Shown here: positions 40,982-49,425 of the stretch, piece after piece
Layout of the letters: each line of letters opens with the position of its first letter
How positions within the stretch are numbered: position 1 is the stretch's first letter
Made by a program: the position numbers and the translations under genes
Notes under the pieces: model-generated
What the model was told of the DNA's origin: nothing
Database searches by the model: none
What the model saw: the letters and a program-made list of their open reading frames with translations, nothing else
Assembly (NCBI GenBank): GCA_035525455.1
Contig: DATLEF010000209.1
Location: forward strand, 1-63,984
DNA from: Burkholderiales bacterium
GTDB lineage: Bacteria > Pseudomonadota > Gammaproteobacteria > Burkholderiales > SG8-41
DNA length: 63,984 nucleotides
Direction: 5' to 3'

Positions 40982-41407
40982 TTATTTCTTGTCCGCCTTC
41001 GCCTGCTTCTTGGCTTGGTCGTGGGCAGCTTTCGCGTCCTTCTCGCAAGCCTTCTTGTCCTTGCCTTTCATGTCGTCGCACTTTTCCTTCGCGACGTGAT
41101 ATTCCATATCGGCTTTTGCCACGGCAACGTCATACCGGTTCTTCGGCGTGTCCTTTTGCTTCAGATCGAGTTCGGCCTTGGCTAGCTTTTCGTTACCCTT
41201 GGCTTCTGCCATGCATATATCTTTGGCATTGCCCTTCATATCTTTGCATTTGTCCTTGGCTGCTTTTGCCTCGGACGAAATGCGGTCCTTCTCGGCCTTC
41301 ACCTGGTCCTTCGACATTGCATCCGCCGCAAATACCGAACCCGACAGACTCAGCGCAGCAGCGACGAGCATTATTCTGATCAGTGACATCATCATCTCCT
41401 TCTCCAC
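40982..41407 (-). CDS. Secreted Lys-rich protein with a duplicated Cys-x-motif
   Basis: Signal peptide ...LSLSGSVFA-AD. Two copies of AK(D/E)KC.DMKG..K..C...AK. No family recognised. Confidence 0.65.
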   Translation of the reverse strand: MEKEMMMSLIRIMLVAAALSLSGSVFAADAMSKDQVKAEKDRISSEAKAAKDKCKDMKGNAKDICMAEAKGNEKLAKAELDLKQKDTPKNRYDVAVAKADMEYHVAKEKCDDMKGKDKKACEKDAKAAHDQAKKQAKADKK

Positions 41408-41617
41408 GAGGGGGCAGTGAGTTATTGGTTAGCCGCGGCAACGCCGCTGCGCCTTACATTACAAATACTTACACTCCATCAAAACGTCGGCCCTCGGCCG
41501 ATTGGTACACCGGGTTACAGCAACCTGCATGCCTGGGGTCCGACGAATGCCTGTATGCACAGTGAAAAACTGGGCGCGAACCACCCGTGGTGACCGCGTT
41601 CCGACAACGTCCAGACG

Positions 41618-43633
41618 CTAGTCCTTCAATATTCTGAACAGGTTGTTGTAGTCGTCAGTCCAGACGCCGAGACCGGGTATGGTCTCGATTTCGGTTGCAG
41701 CCGACGTGATTTCCTGCTGACTGAGCAACGCGGGATTCCGCGCAAGCAGCACCCAATCCGTTTTTGCGAGATCGCTTTCTTCGGCTTCGTCGATCACGAG
41801 CACGCTGCGCAGCCTGTACTCATCGGCGATCATCTTGACGACCGGCGCGAGTCGCAGGAATCGGTTCGTCACGTGAAAAGCGAGGATGCCATCCGGCTTC
41901 AGGTGCTTCAGGTACACGGCCATCGCTTCTCGTGTAATCAAGTGCACGGGGATCGAATCGCTCGAGAATGCATCGATCGCGATGAGGTCGTAATTCTGCG
42001 CAGGCTCGCGTTCCATGTTGAGGCGCGCGTCGCCAAGCACGGTCTCGATCGTGGCACGGCTATCGGAGAGATATGTAAACTGCGCGCGAGCGATGCCGAT
42101 CACCTGGGGATTGAGCTCGTAGAACCGGTAGACATCGCCAGGACGGCCATACGCTGCAAGCGTGCCGGTACCGAGGCCGACTACAGCCACGCGCAGCGGA
42201 TTCGCGCTGAGTCGTGCGATCGCCCGTCCGATGCCTGAGCTCGGCCCGTAATAGGTAGTCGGCTCTGTCCGACGTTTTTCGGAAAGATACTGCTCGCCAT
42301 GCATGATGACGCCGTGCATGAGCCTGCGCACGCCGTCCGCGCCGGAGCCCACGTCGCGCACGCGCAGCGTCCCGTAAAAATTACGGGTCATGACTCGTGC
42401 GTTGCGGGACAGCGATTCCACATATGCGTACACGTGGTACGCGGTAAAGCCTGCGGCGCAAACCACGAGCAGCGGCACGAAAAAAGGCATTCGCCGCACC
42501 AGCGCTGCGGCGAGCAGCAGTGTGATGACCAGTCCTACCCCAAACTCGTAGTAAGTCGGAAAGAGCCGCGGTGCCACAAATCCCACGAAGAAGCCGCCCA
42601 ACGCACCGCCCAGTGACACCATCAGATAGAAGCTCGTCAGGTAACGCGGCGCCGGTTTCATGTCGGCGAGCTCTCCGTGAAAAAACATACAGCACACGAA
42701 AAGACCTGCGGAGAAGAGCGCCACCGCCTCTTTAATATCGTGAATGCTGCGGTCCGCGTGCAGTGCCCACGCCATAGCTGCTGCGACCATGATCAGCGGT
42801 CCGAGAAAAATATTCCGCCGGTACCATCCGCGCCCTTCGAAACACAGGATGAAGGTCAGGAGATAAATAGTGAGCGGCAGGATCCACAGGAAGGGCACTG
42901 AGGCGACGTCGTGCGTGATGTGGTTCGTCACGGCCAGCAGCATGAACGAGCCCATCGCCGACAGGAGCAGCCATAGCGCAAACTCGCGCGGCATCGGCCG
43001 GGGACCTTCGTTCATGGTCGCGATCGTCGCAGCGGCCGGGCTTCCAGTCGGATGGGATCGCAGACTGTATACGGCTGCGCCAGCGCAGAGCAGCACAAAC
43101 ACACCGTACGCGATGCTCCAACCGACAGACTGGCGCACGGTGCTCACCCATGGCTCGAGCACGAAAGGGTATGACACGAGCGCGAGCAGAGACGCCAGAT
43201 TCGACAACGCGAAAAGACGGTATACCGTGCCAGCGGGAAAGCTGCGGGTGAACCAGGCCTGTACCAGCGGACCTGTCGTCGAAAGAAGGAAGTACGGCAA
43301 GCCGATCGTAGCAGTGAGCAATCCAAGAATGCGCCATGCCGGCTCTTCATCGCCGGCGGGCTTCCATGCAGCGCTCGCAATTATGGGAAGCGAGGCAAGG
43401 CTCAGTAGCAGCAGCGCAATATGCAGCCCGACCTGGTGAGTCGCTTTCAGGCGGCGTGTGGTCCAGTCCGAGTACGCGTAACCGAACAGCAGCAGGAACT
43501 GAAAGAACACGAGACAGGTCGTCCAGACTGCGGCGGAGCCACCGAACCACGGCAGGATTTGCTTCGCCATGATCGGCTGCACGAGGAACAGCAGAAACGC
43601 GCTCGCGAAGATGGTCAGCGCGTAAAGTATCAT
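41618..43633 (-). CDS. Fused membrane domain / spermidine-synthase-like (class I MTase fold) protein
   Basis: The N-terminal ~430 aa are polytopic. The C-terminal part (VAVVGLGTGTLAAYG...YDLIAIDAFSSDSIPVHLIT...LKPDGILAFH) is aminopropyltransferase-like. Confidence 0.7.
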   Translation of the reverse strand: MILYALTIFASAFLLFLVQPIMAKQILPWFGGSAAVWTTCLVFFQFLLLFGYAYSDWTTRRLKATHQVGLHIALLLLSLASLPIIASAAWKPAGDEEPAWRILGLLTATIGLPYFLLSTTGPLVQAWFTRSFPAGTVYRLFALSNLASLLALVSYPFVLEPWVSTVRQSVGWSIAYGVFVLLCAGAAVYSLRSHPTGSPAAATIATMNEGPRPMPREFALWLLLSAMGSFMLLAVTNHITHDVASVPFLWILPLTIYLLTFILCFEGRGWYRRNIFLGPLIMVAAAMAWALHADRSIHDIKEAVALFSAGLFVCCMFFHGELADMKPAPRYLTSFYLMVSLGGALGGFFVGFVAPRLFPTYYEFGVGLVITLLLAAALVRRMPFFVPLLVVCAAGFTAYHVYAYVESLSRNARVMTRNFYGTLRVRDVGSGADGVRRLMHGVIMHGEQYLSEKRRTEPTTYYGPSSGIGRAIARLSANPLRVAVVGLGTGTLAAYGRPGDVYRFYELNPQVIGIARAQFTYLSDSRATIETVLGDARLNMEREPAQNYDLIAIDAFSSDSIPVHLITREAMAVYLKHLKPDGILAFHVTNRFLRLAPVVKMIADEYRLRSVLVIDEAEESDLAKTDWVLLARNPALLSQQEITSAATEIETIPGLGVWTDDYNNLFRILKD

Positions 43634-43802
43634 CGGATGTAAGCGCGCAATTGAAAACGGGGCATTATACCGACGCGGCCGTTAGCGACGCGGAGATCGC
43701 TTGGGTGTTGCCCGGGTGATGGCTCGTTCGACCGATGCAAAGCGATTTGAATAGGGCGAACGCATTGACGCATCGCGCGTGGGTGCTGCACTCCCCAACC
43801 AC

Positions 43803-45056
43803 TCAGCGATTGGCGATGTCGAGTAGCGCCGCGGTCAGCACGCGCGCGCCGGCCGCGAGATCCTCCGGCTTCGCGTTCTCGGCTTCGTTGTGGCTCACTC
43901 CTTTCTCGCACGGCACGAAGATCATGCCGGTGGGACAGAGCCGCGCCATGTACATCGCGTCGTGGCTGGCGCCCGAAGCGAGACGCATGTTGGTGATGCC
44001 CAGATCGTTCGCGGCACGCTCGATCACGTCGGCTACGCTCTCGTCGAATGCACACGGCCCATCACGGAGCGTCGCAGCAACCGTCACCGTGCACGGACCT
44101 GCTTCCTTGCGCGCGATCGGTTCGACCGCCGCCGCAAGCCGGTCCGCTGTCTGCGCATCCGGGTGCCTCAGATCGACCGAAAACAGGACATGGCTCGCGA
44201 CCGAATTGGGGGAGTTAGGTGTGACGAGCATGCGCCCTACCGTATAACGCACGGCATCGCCAGCATCGAGCGCGAGTGATTCGAGCGCCCGGATGATGCG
44301 CAGCGCCGCGCGCAACGCGTCCTTGCGCGCACCGAGGGGTGTGGTGCCGGCATGCGCACTCTCGCCGAACACCTCGACATTGAACCAGCGCAGCCCCTGT
44401 ATGCCGGTGACCACCCCGACGGTCTTGTCTTGCAACTCCAGTAAAGGCCCTTGCTCAATGTGAGCTTCGATATACGCCGTCGCGGGGGTATTGAATTCCC
44501 GGCGGCGCACCTCTGGTGTCGCCGCCAGCGTCTCTGCGAGCGCGGCGCCGAGGACATTGCCGTCGTTGTCTTTGATGTCCAGGAAGTCGCTGAGTGCGCG
44601 CGCGCCGCTGAATACGGAGGAGCCCATGGTGCAGGGCGCGAACCGGCCGCCTTCCTCGTTACTCCATGCAACGAGCTCGATCGGACGCCGCGTTTTCAAA
44701 CCGGCCTCGTCAATCGCTTCGAGCGCTTCCAGAGCAGCCAGCACGCCGTATATGCCATCAAAGCGGCCGCCGCGCGGCTGACTGTCCATGTGACTGCCGG
44801 CCATCACCGGCGGCGCATCGGCTTCGACGCCGGGGCGCCGTACGAACATATTGCCGATATCGTCAATGCTCACGCTGAAGTTACGGGCGTGAGCCCACGA
44901 CAGCAGTAGACGGCGGGCGCGGATGTCTTCCGCGGAAAAAGCAGCCCGGTTCACTCCATCGCCCGGGATGGCGCCGATCTCCGCCATCTGCATGTGGCGC
45001 TCCCACAGCCGATCTGCATCGACACGTTCGACGGCGTCCTGAATGTCTTCTCTCAT
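43803..45056 (-). CDS. M20-family amidase (N-carbamoyl-amino-acid / allantoate amidohydrolase type)
   Basis: ATG at 45056 overlaps the Bug stop (ATGA). SHMDSQPRGGRFDGIYGVLAALEA...WSNEEGGRF motifs. Confidence 0.8.
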   Translation of the reverse strand: MREDIQDAVERVDADRLWERHMQMAEIGAIPGDGVNRAAFSAEDIRARRLLLSWAHARNFSVSIDDIGNMFVRRPGVEADAPPVMAGSHMDSQPRGGRFDGIYGVLAALEALEAIDEAGLKTRRPIELVAWSNEEGGRFAPCTMGSSVFSGARALSDFLDIKDNDGNVLGAALAETLAATPEVRRREFNTPATAYIEAHIEQGPLLELQDKTVGVVTGIQGLRWFNVEVFGESAHAGTTPLGARKDALRAALRIIRALESLALDAGDAVRYTVGRMLVTPNSPNSVASHVLFSVDLRHPDAQTADRLAAAVEPIARKEAGPCTVTVAATLRDGPCAFDESVADVIERAANDLGITNMRLASGASHDAMYMARLCPTGMIFVPCEKGVSHNEAENAKPEDLAAGARVLTAALLDIANR

Positions 45057-46021
45057 TCCGCTTTGATTCCTGCTGTGCGTACGACCTTGGCCCATTTGGC
45101 GACATCGACTCTGATGCGCTCAGCGAGCTGTTCGGGGCCGCCGGGCGAGACAAACCCACCGACGGTGAGCAGCCGCTCCTTCACATCCTGCAGCGCTAGC
45201 GCTTTCTGTACGTCCGCGTTGAACTTCGTCACGATCTCCCGCGGTGTGCCGGCCGGCATCATGACCCCGAACCAGGAGTCGGCCTCGAAGCCTTTCAGAG
45301 ACTCACCGATCGTCGGTACCTCGGGAAGCGCAGGCGATCGCGTCGACGATGCGACACCAAGCGCGCGCACTTTGCGCGATTTCACGTGCGGCAGCGCGGA
45401 AGGAATACTGTCGAAGAAAAGCGCGACGTGGCCGGCGATGAGATCTGCTATGCCCGGAGCGCTGCCTTTGTAAGGCACGTGCAGCGCAGTGAATCCGCCC
45501 ATCTGCTTGAGCATCTCCTGCTCGAGATGAGACAGCGTGCCGGGGCCTTGCGACGCAAAATTGAGTGCACCCGGCTGTGCTTTGCCCAGCGCAATGAGCT
45601 CCTTCACGTTGCGCGCGGGCAGCGTTGGATGGGCTACGAGTATGTGTGGCACATTGCCAACGAGCGATACCGGCACGAGATCTTTTTCGAGGTTGTAATT
45701 CAATTTCGCATACGTGCTCATTCCGATCGCGTTGGTCGTCACCGCGGCCATGACCGCGGTGTATCCATCAGGCGCGGCTTTGGCTGTGAGCTCGAGACCC
45801 AGATTGCCGCCTGCACCAGGCCGATTGTCGACGATCACCTGGTGTCCCCATGCATCACCGAGTTTCTGCCCGAGCGTGCGCGACAATAAATCCGCCGCAC
45901 CGGCCGGGGGGAAAGGCACGATAAGCCGCACTGCTTTCGCAGGATAAGTTTGTGCTTGCAGTGGATGCGCCGCCAGCGTCGCGCAGCAGGCGATGAATAG
46001 CGACCACAACGCACGACGCAT
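45053..46021 (-). CDS. Bug-family (TctC-like) tripartite tricarboxylate transporter substrate-binding protein
   Basis: ATG at 46021. Signal peptide, then YPAKAVRLIVPFPPAGAADLLSRTLGQKL...VDNRPGAGGNLG. Confidence 0.88.
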   Translation of the reverse strand: MRRALWSLFIACCATLAAHPLQAQTYPAKAVRLIVPFPPAGAADLLSRTLGQKLGDAWGHQVIVDNRPGAGGNLGLELTAKAAPDGYTAVMAAVTTNAIGMSTYAKLNYNLEKDLVPVSLVGNVPHILVAHPTLPARNVKELIALGKAQPGALNFASQGPGTLSHLEQEMLKQMGGFTALHVPYKGSAPGIADLIAGHVALFFDSIPSALPHVKSRKVRALGVASSTRSPALPEVPTIGESLKGFEADSWFGVMMPAGTPREIVTKFNADVQKALALQDVKERLLTVGGFVSPGGPEQLAERIRVDVAKWAKVVRTAGIKAE

Positions 46022-46079
46022 GAGACATCTCCGATTGGCGTGCGTGATCGGTGATAGCCGCAACCGCGCGTCGGCGAAC

Positions 46080-46174
46080 TGGCGGAAGAGAGTGGGAGTC
46101 GAACCCACGCAGGACCGCCTGCGGCCCCTACCGGGTTTGAAGTCCGGCCGCCCCACCGGGAGCGATTCCCTTCC
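46080..46174 (-). tRNA. selC: tRNA-Sec (anticodon UCA), CCA encoded
   Basis: The reverse complement is GGAAGGGAATCGCTCCCGGTGGGGCGGCCGGACTTCAAACCCGGTAGGGGCCGCAGGCGGTCCTGCGTGGGTTCGACTCCCACTCTCTTCCGCCA (95 nt). It has an 8-bp acceptor stem and a long variable arm, and is nearly collinear with E. coli selC. Confidence 0.95.
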
Positions 46175-46237
46175 GTTATTGAAACTATGAGCTGATGCGT
46201 GGGACTGCGTGAGGCGGGTTTACACCGACCAGTGCTG

Positions 46238-46423
46238 CTAGCCGAGCTGTTTGTTCGGCTCGGCTCGAGCAACCACGCTGTTGTATTGCCGCACGAACTG
46301 AAGGGCTACGGCAGCTGCGCGTTTGTCTCCGTTCGTGAAAGCGGTTGCGTATTGCTGGAGCCAGTAATCCCTGCGGCCGTCCTGAGACCCTGCTTGTATG
46401 TTGCTGCTTGTGTTCTCAGCCAT
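46238..46423 (-). CDS. Hypothetical 61-aa protein between the TrxR-like gene and selC
   Basis: ATG preceded by an AAGGGGGA Shine-Dalgarno. No recognisable motif. Same orientation as the sel genes. Confidence 0.45.
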   Translation of the reverse strand: MAENTSSNIQAGSQDGRRDYWLQQYATAFTNGDKRAAAVALQFVRQYNSVVARAEPNKQLG

Positions 46424-46506
46424 GACATCCCCCTTACTGGAAGAACCAAGATTTTACAACGGTGTGCTTCGTGATTGAAGCTTGCGTTTCGCTGCGCATC
46501 CGTCCG

Positions 46507-47412
46507 CTATATGAGCGCTTGTTGCAGCGCGGCAGCCGCCCGTCGTGCGTCATCGAGCGCAGCGCCCAAAGTGCCGCCGAACTGGCTGCGCACGGCGCCG
46601 ATCGCGGAGACTCCCGCGACGTTCGTCTGCAACGCATCATTAACGCGCAGGAAACGGTTCGCATCGCGCTCGACATCATTCGCCAGAAATTCCACGTTGG
46701 GCTCGAGACCGATGTAGGCGAAAACACCTGCGCACGGCAGGTCCTCGGTGCGGCCGTCGGCGTGTTTCAACTGGGCCTTCTCGACCATTTTGGAGCCGTC
46801 GATCGCCTGAACGGTTGCATTCCAGATAACCCGAATCTTGTCGTTGGTTCGCACCTGGTCGGCAAAATGCGGTGTGCCGGTGAATGTATCTCGGCGATGT
46901 ACCAGAGTCACCCGCCGACAGTACTGCGCGAGCACCAGCGCTTCCTGCAGTGCCGAGTCTCCACCGCCGACCACGATGACTTCTTCGTTCTGATACATGG
47001 GCCCGTCGCAATCGGCACACTGGGAAACGCCGCGGCCCTCGTATTCCGCTTCGCCGGGAACGCCCAGCTTTTTCAAGCGTGCGCCGGAGGCGACGATGAC
47101 GCAGCGGGCGCGATACGACCCGGACGCGGTCACGATCTCTTTTTGATCACCGTTATTGCGTACGAGCGTCACCGGCTCCTGAATGCTCGTGACACCCGCT
47201 TCGGCGTTCGCCTGCATCATTCCTGCAGCGAGCTCGGCACCCGATGTCGGCTGGCCTGCGGGAACCGGATCGAGCTCGTTCACATTGATGACGAGGCCCC
47301 CGAAGAGCTGTCCTTCGATCGTTGCGACTTTGAGTCCGGCCTGGGCGAGCATGCCGGCGGCGCTGAGCCCGCTCACGCCCTCGCCGATCACGATTACGTC
47401 ATGAATAGACAC
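46507..47412 (-). CDS. Thioredoxin-reductase-like FAD/NAD(P)H disulfide oxidoreductase
   Basis: DVIVIGEGVSGLSAA (FAD), redox-active CADC (compare TrxB CATC), VVGGGDSALQEA and HRRD (NADPH). It starts 12 nt after the selB stop. Confidence 0.85.
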   Translation of the reverse strand: MSIHDVIVIGEGVSGLSAAGMLAQAGLKVATIEGQLFGGLVINVNELDPVPAGQPTSGAELAAGMMQANAEAGVTSIQEPVTLVRNNGDQKEIVTASGSYRARCVIVASGARLKKLGVPGEAEYEGRGVSQCADCDGPMYQNEEVIVVGGGDSALQEALVLAQYCRRVTLVHRRDTFTGTPHFADQVRTNDKIRVIWNATVQAIDGSKMVEKAQLKHADGRTEDLPCAGVFAYIGLEPNVEFLANDVERDANRFLRVNDALQTNVAGVSAIGAVRSQFGGTLGAALDDARRAAAALQQALI

Positions 47413-47424
47413 GTGCGTATCCCT

Positions 47425-49425
47425 TTATCGTCGGTATGTTTGAAGCGGCCGCCGCGGAGGTCCCGTGGGCTTGGCCTGTGCTTTTGCGGGCGGCCGCTGG
47501 ACTGGGCTCGCTGCACCCAGTATCGGCACAAAATCCTTCCGCATCTTGCGCGCATCGCCAAGGCGCTGAGTAATGCCGAGCGTGTCCAGAAATTCGAGGA
47601 TCTCGATCGCGAGGCTGCGTCCAACTCCGGTCGCATCACGGTATTGGGCTGCAGTGAATTGCCCGTTCGGCTGCCCCTGCGCCGTAGCCTGAGCGATCGC
47701 CGCGAGTGTCGCCAGCGTAGACCGCGTGTAGAAGCGATCGGCCGTGACCTTGAGCACTTCGCCGCTCTTCGCTTTGCGATGAAGAAAATCCTTGACGATG
47801 CCTTCCTTCAATTTGACCTGCAGCGCAAGCTCGCGCAGCGGCGGCGAGTTGAAACCGGCGCTTTCGAGCGCCGGCCGAACAGTCTGCCACATTCGATCGT
47901 CCGCGGCGTTCGCCGTCGCGTCGTGGCCCGCGATGCGCGCGGTCGAGCCGCTCGCCTCTATTTTGCGCTCGTCCGTGAGACGTCTCAGAAACGAGCCGAA
48001 CATGTCAGCGCTCAGGTCCGGCGCAACCGATCTGCGCAGCGTTTCCACTTCCTGCCCCACTGCCTGTGGGTGCTCGCTGTGGAAGCGCAGGAGCTCCGCA
48101 ACGATGGCTTCCTGTAATGCCTGGTAATGTCCGCGTGTGACAGCGACCCGCGCATCTTTGCCTAACTGCACGAGCTCCGCATTCGCGTAGAGTTGCGTTG
48201 CACGCTCCCGCGTCAGGTTGTACACCACCTCGAAACGCCGCAGATCGATCACGCGCTCGCCGGTGCGCAGCAATTCGGACAGCGCGGTCTCGGGCGCGTC
48301 GTGCTCGAGCGCTGCGAGCTCGACCTTGCGCGCTGGGGACGTGCGGCGCGTCGCCGGAGCGAATGGGTCGAGGACGAAGCCGCCGCCTATGGTGCGCGTG
48401 GCTGACTGGTCGCGCAGAATGAACCGATCACCTCGCAGTGCGCAAATCGGCTGATCGAGCACGAGCTGGGCCACCGCCCCAGTACCCGGCTCAAGCGCTG
48501 TCCCTTGCCGGGTGGCGATACGCGCGGTTACATCACTGGTTGCAAGATGCAAATGGACCGGCGTCCAATGCTCGAGCGCACGAGCTTCGGCGCCCAATAC
48601 CGTCACGCGAGCGTCGAGGCGTCGAGTCGGGCGATGGAGCTCAGGCGCGACAACCCAATCCCCGCGATGCACGGCTTCGAGACCGGCGCCCGTCAGATTG
48701 AGCGCGCAGCGTTCACCCGCTGATGCGCCCTGTGCAACGTCGCCCTTGATCTGTATGCCCCGCACACGCACTTCCTGCCCCGCCGGCGAGACGACGAGCT
48801 TGTCGCCCACCTTCACGACTCCGTTGAAAACCGTGCCGGTAACCACCGTGCCGCTGCCGGCCACACTGAACGTGCGGTCGACTGCGTATCTGAAATTCTG
48901 GCCCGCGGATAGCCGGGCCGAATGCTGCATCGCTTCCGCAATAAGAAGCTCGCGAAGCTCCGTCATTCCGGATCCGGTGACAGCCGAAACCGCTATCACC
49001 GGCACATGCGCGAGCTGGGTGCTCTGAACGAGCGCGGCGACCTGCTGCTCGACTTCGCGAACACGATCGCTGTCAACGCGATCGGTTTTGGTAATGACTG
49101 CCACGCCGCGATTCACGTGCAGCAGATCGAGGATATGCAGGTGCTCTATCGTTTGCGGCATGATGCCATCGTCCGCTGCCACGACGAGCAACGAGAAATC
49201 GATGCCGCATACGCCTGCCAGCATGTTGCGTATGAAGCGTTCGTGGCCCGGAACGTCAACGAAACCGATCAGCTTGCCGTCAGGCAGCGGCAGATACGCA
49301 AAACCCAGGTCGATCGAGATGCCGCGCGCTTTCTCTTCCGGCAGACGGTCGGTGTCGACGCCGGTCAATGTCTTCACGAGCAACGTCTTGCCGTGATCGA
49401 TATGGCCTGCAGTCGCGACGATCAT
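47425..49425 (-). CDS. selB: Selenocysteine-specific translation elongation factor SelB
   Basis: MIVATAGHIDHGKTLLVKTLTGVDTDRLPEEKARGISIDLGF...DVPGHERF and a long winged-helix C-terminal extension. 666 aa. Confidence 0.93.
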   Translation of the reverse strand: MIVATAGHIDHGKTLLVKTLTGVDTDRLPEEKARGISIDLGFAYLPLPDGKLIGFVDVPGHERFIRNMLAGVCGIDFSLLVVAADDGIMPQTIEHLHILDLLHVNRGVAVITKTDRVDSDRVREVEQQVAALVQSTQLAHVPVIAVSAVTGSGMTELRELLIAEAMQHSARLSAGQNFRYAVDRTFSVAGSGTVVTGTVFNGVVKVGDKLVVSPAGQEVRVRGIQIKGDVAQGASAGERCALNLTGAGLEAVHRGDWVVAPELHRPTRRLDARVTVLGAEARALEHWTPVHLHLATSDVTARIATRQGTALEPGTGAVAQLVLDQPICALRGDRFILRDQSATRTIGGGFVLDPFAPATRRTSPARKVELAALEHDAPETALSELLRTGERVIDLRRFEVVYNLTRERATQLYANAELVQLGKDARVAVTRGHYQALQEAIVAELLRFHSEHPQAVGQEVETLRRSVAPDLSADMFGSFLRRLTDERKIEASGSTARIAGHDATANAADDRMWQTVRPALESAGFNSPPLRELALQVKLKEGIVKDFLHRKAKSGEVLKVTADRFYTRSTLATLAAIAQATAQGQPNGQFTAAQYRDATGVGRSLAIEILEFLDTLGITQRLGDARKMRKDFVPILGAASPVQRPPAKAQAKPTGPPRRPLQTYRR

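Noticed and set aside
46080-46174. selC considered as a genomic-island integration site, as in E. coli pathogenicity islands.
   Set aside because: No integrase, no direct repeat of the tRNA 3' end, and no compositional break was seen on either side. The neighbours are ordinary Bug/amidase and sel genes.
46462-48117. A 551-aa plus-strand ORF, and a similar 409-aa ORF at 49368..50597.
   Set aside because: They lie antisense to the TrxR-like gene, selB and selA, which all carry diagnostic motifs. Their composition is artefact-like.
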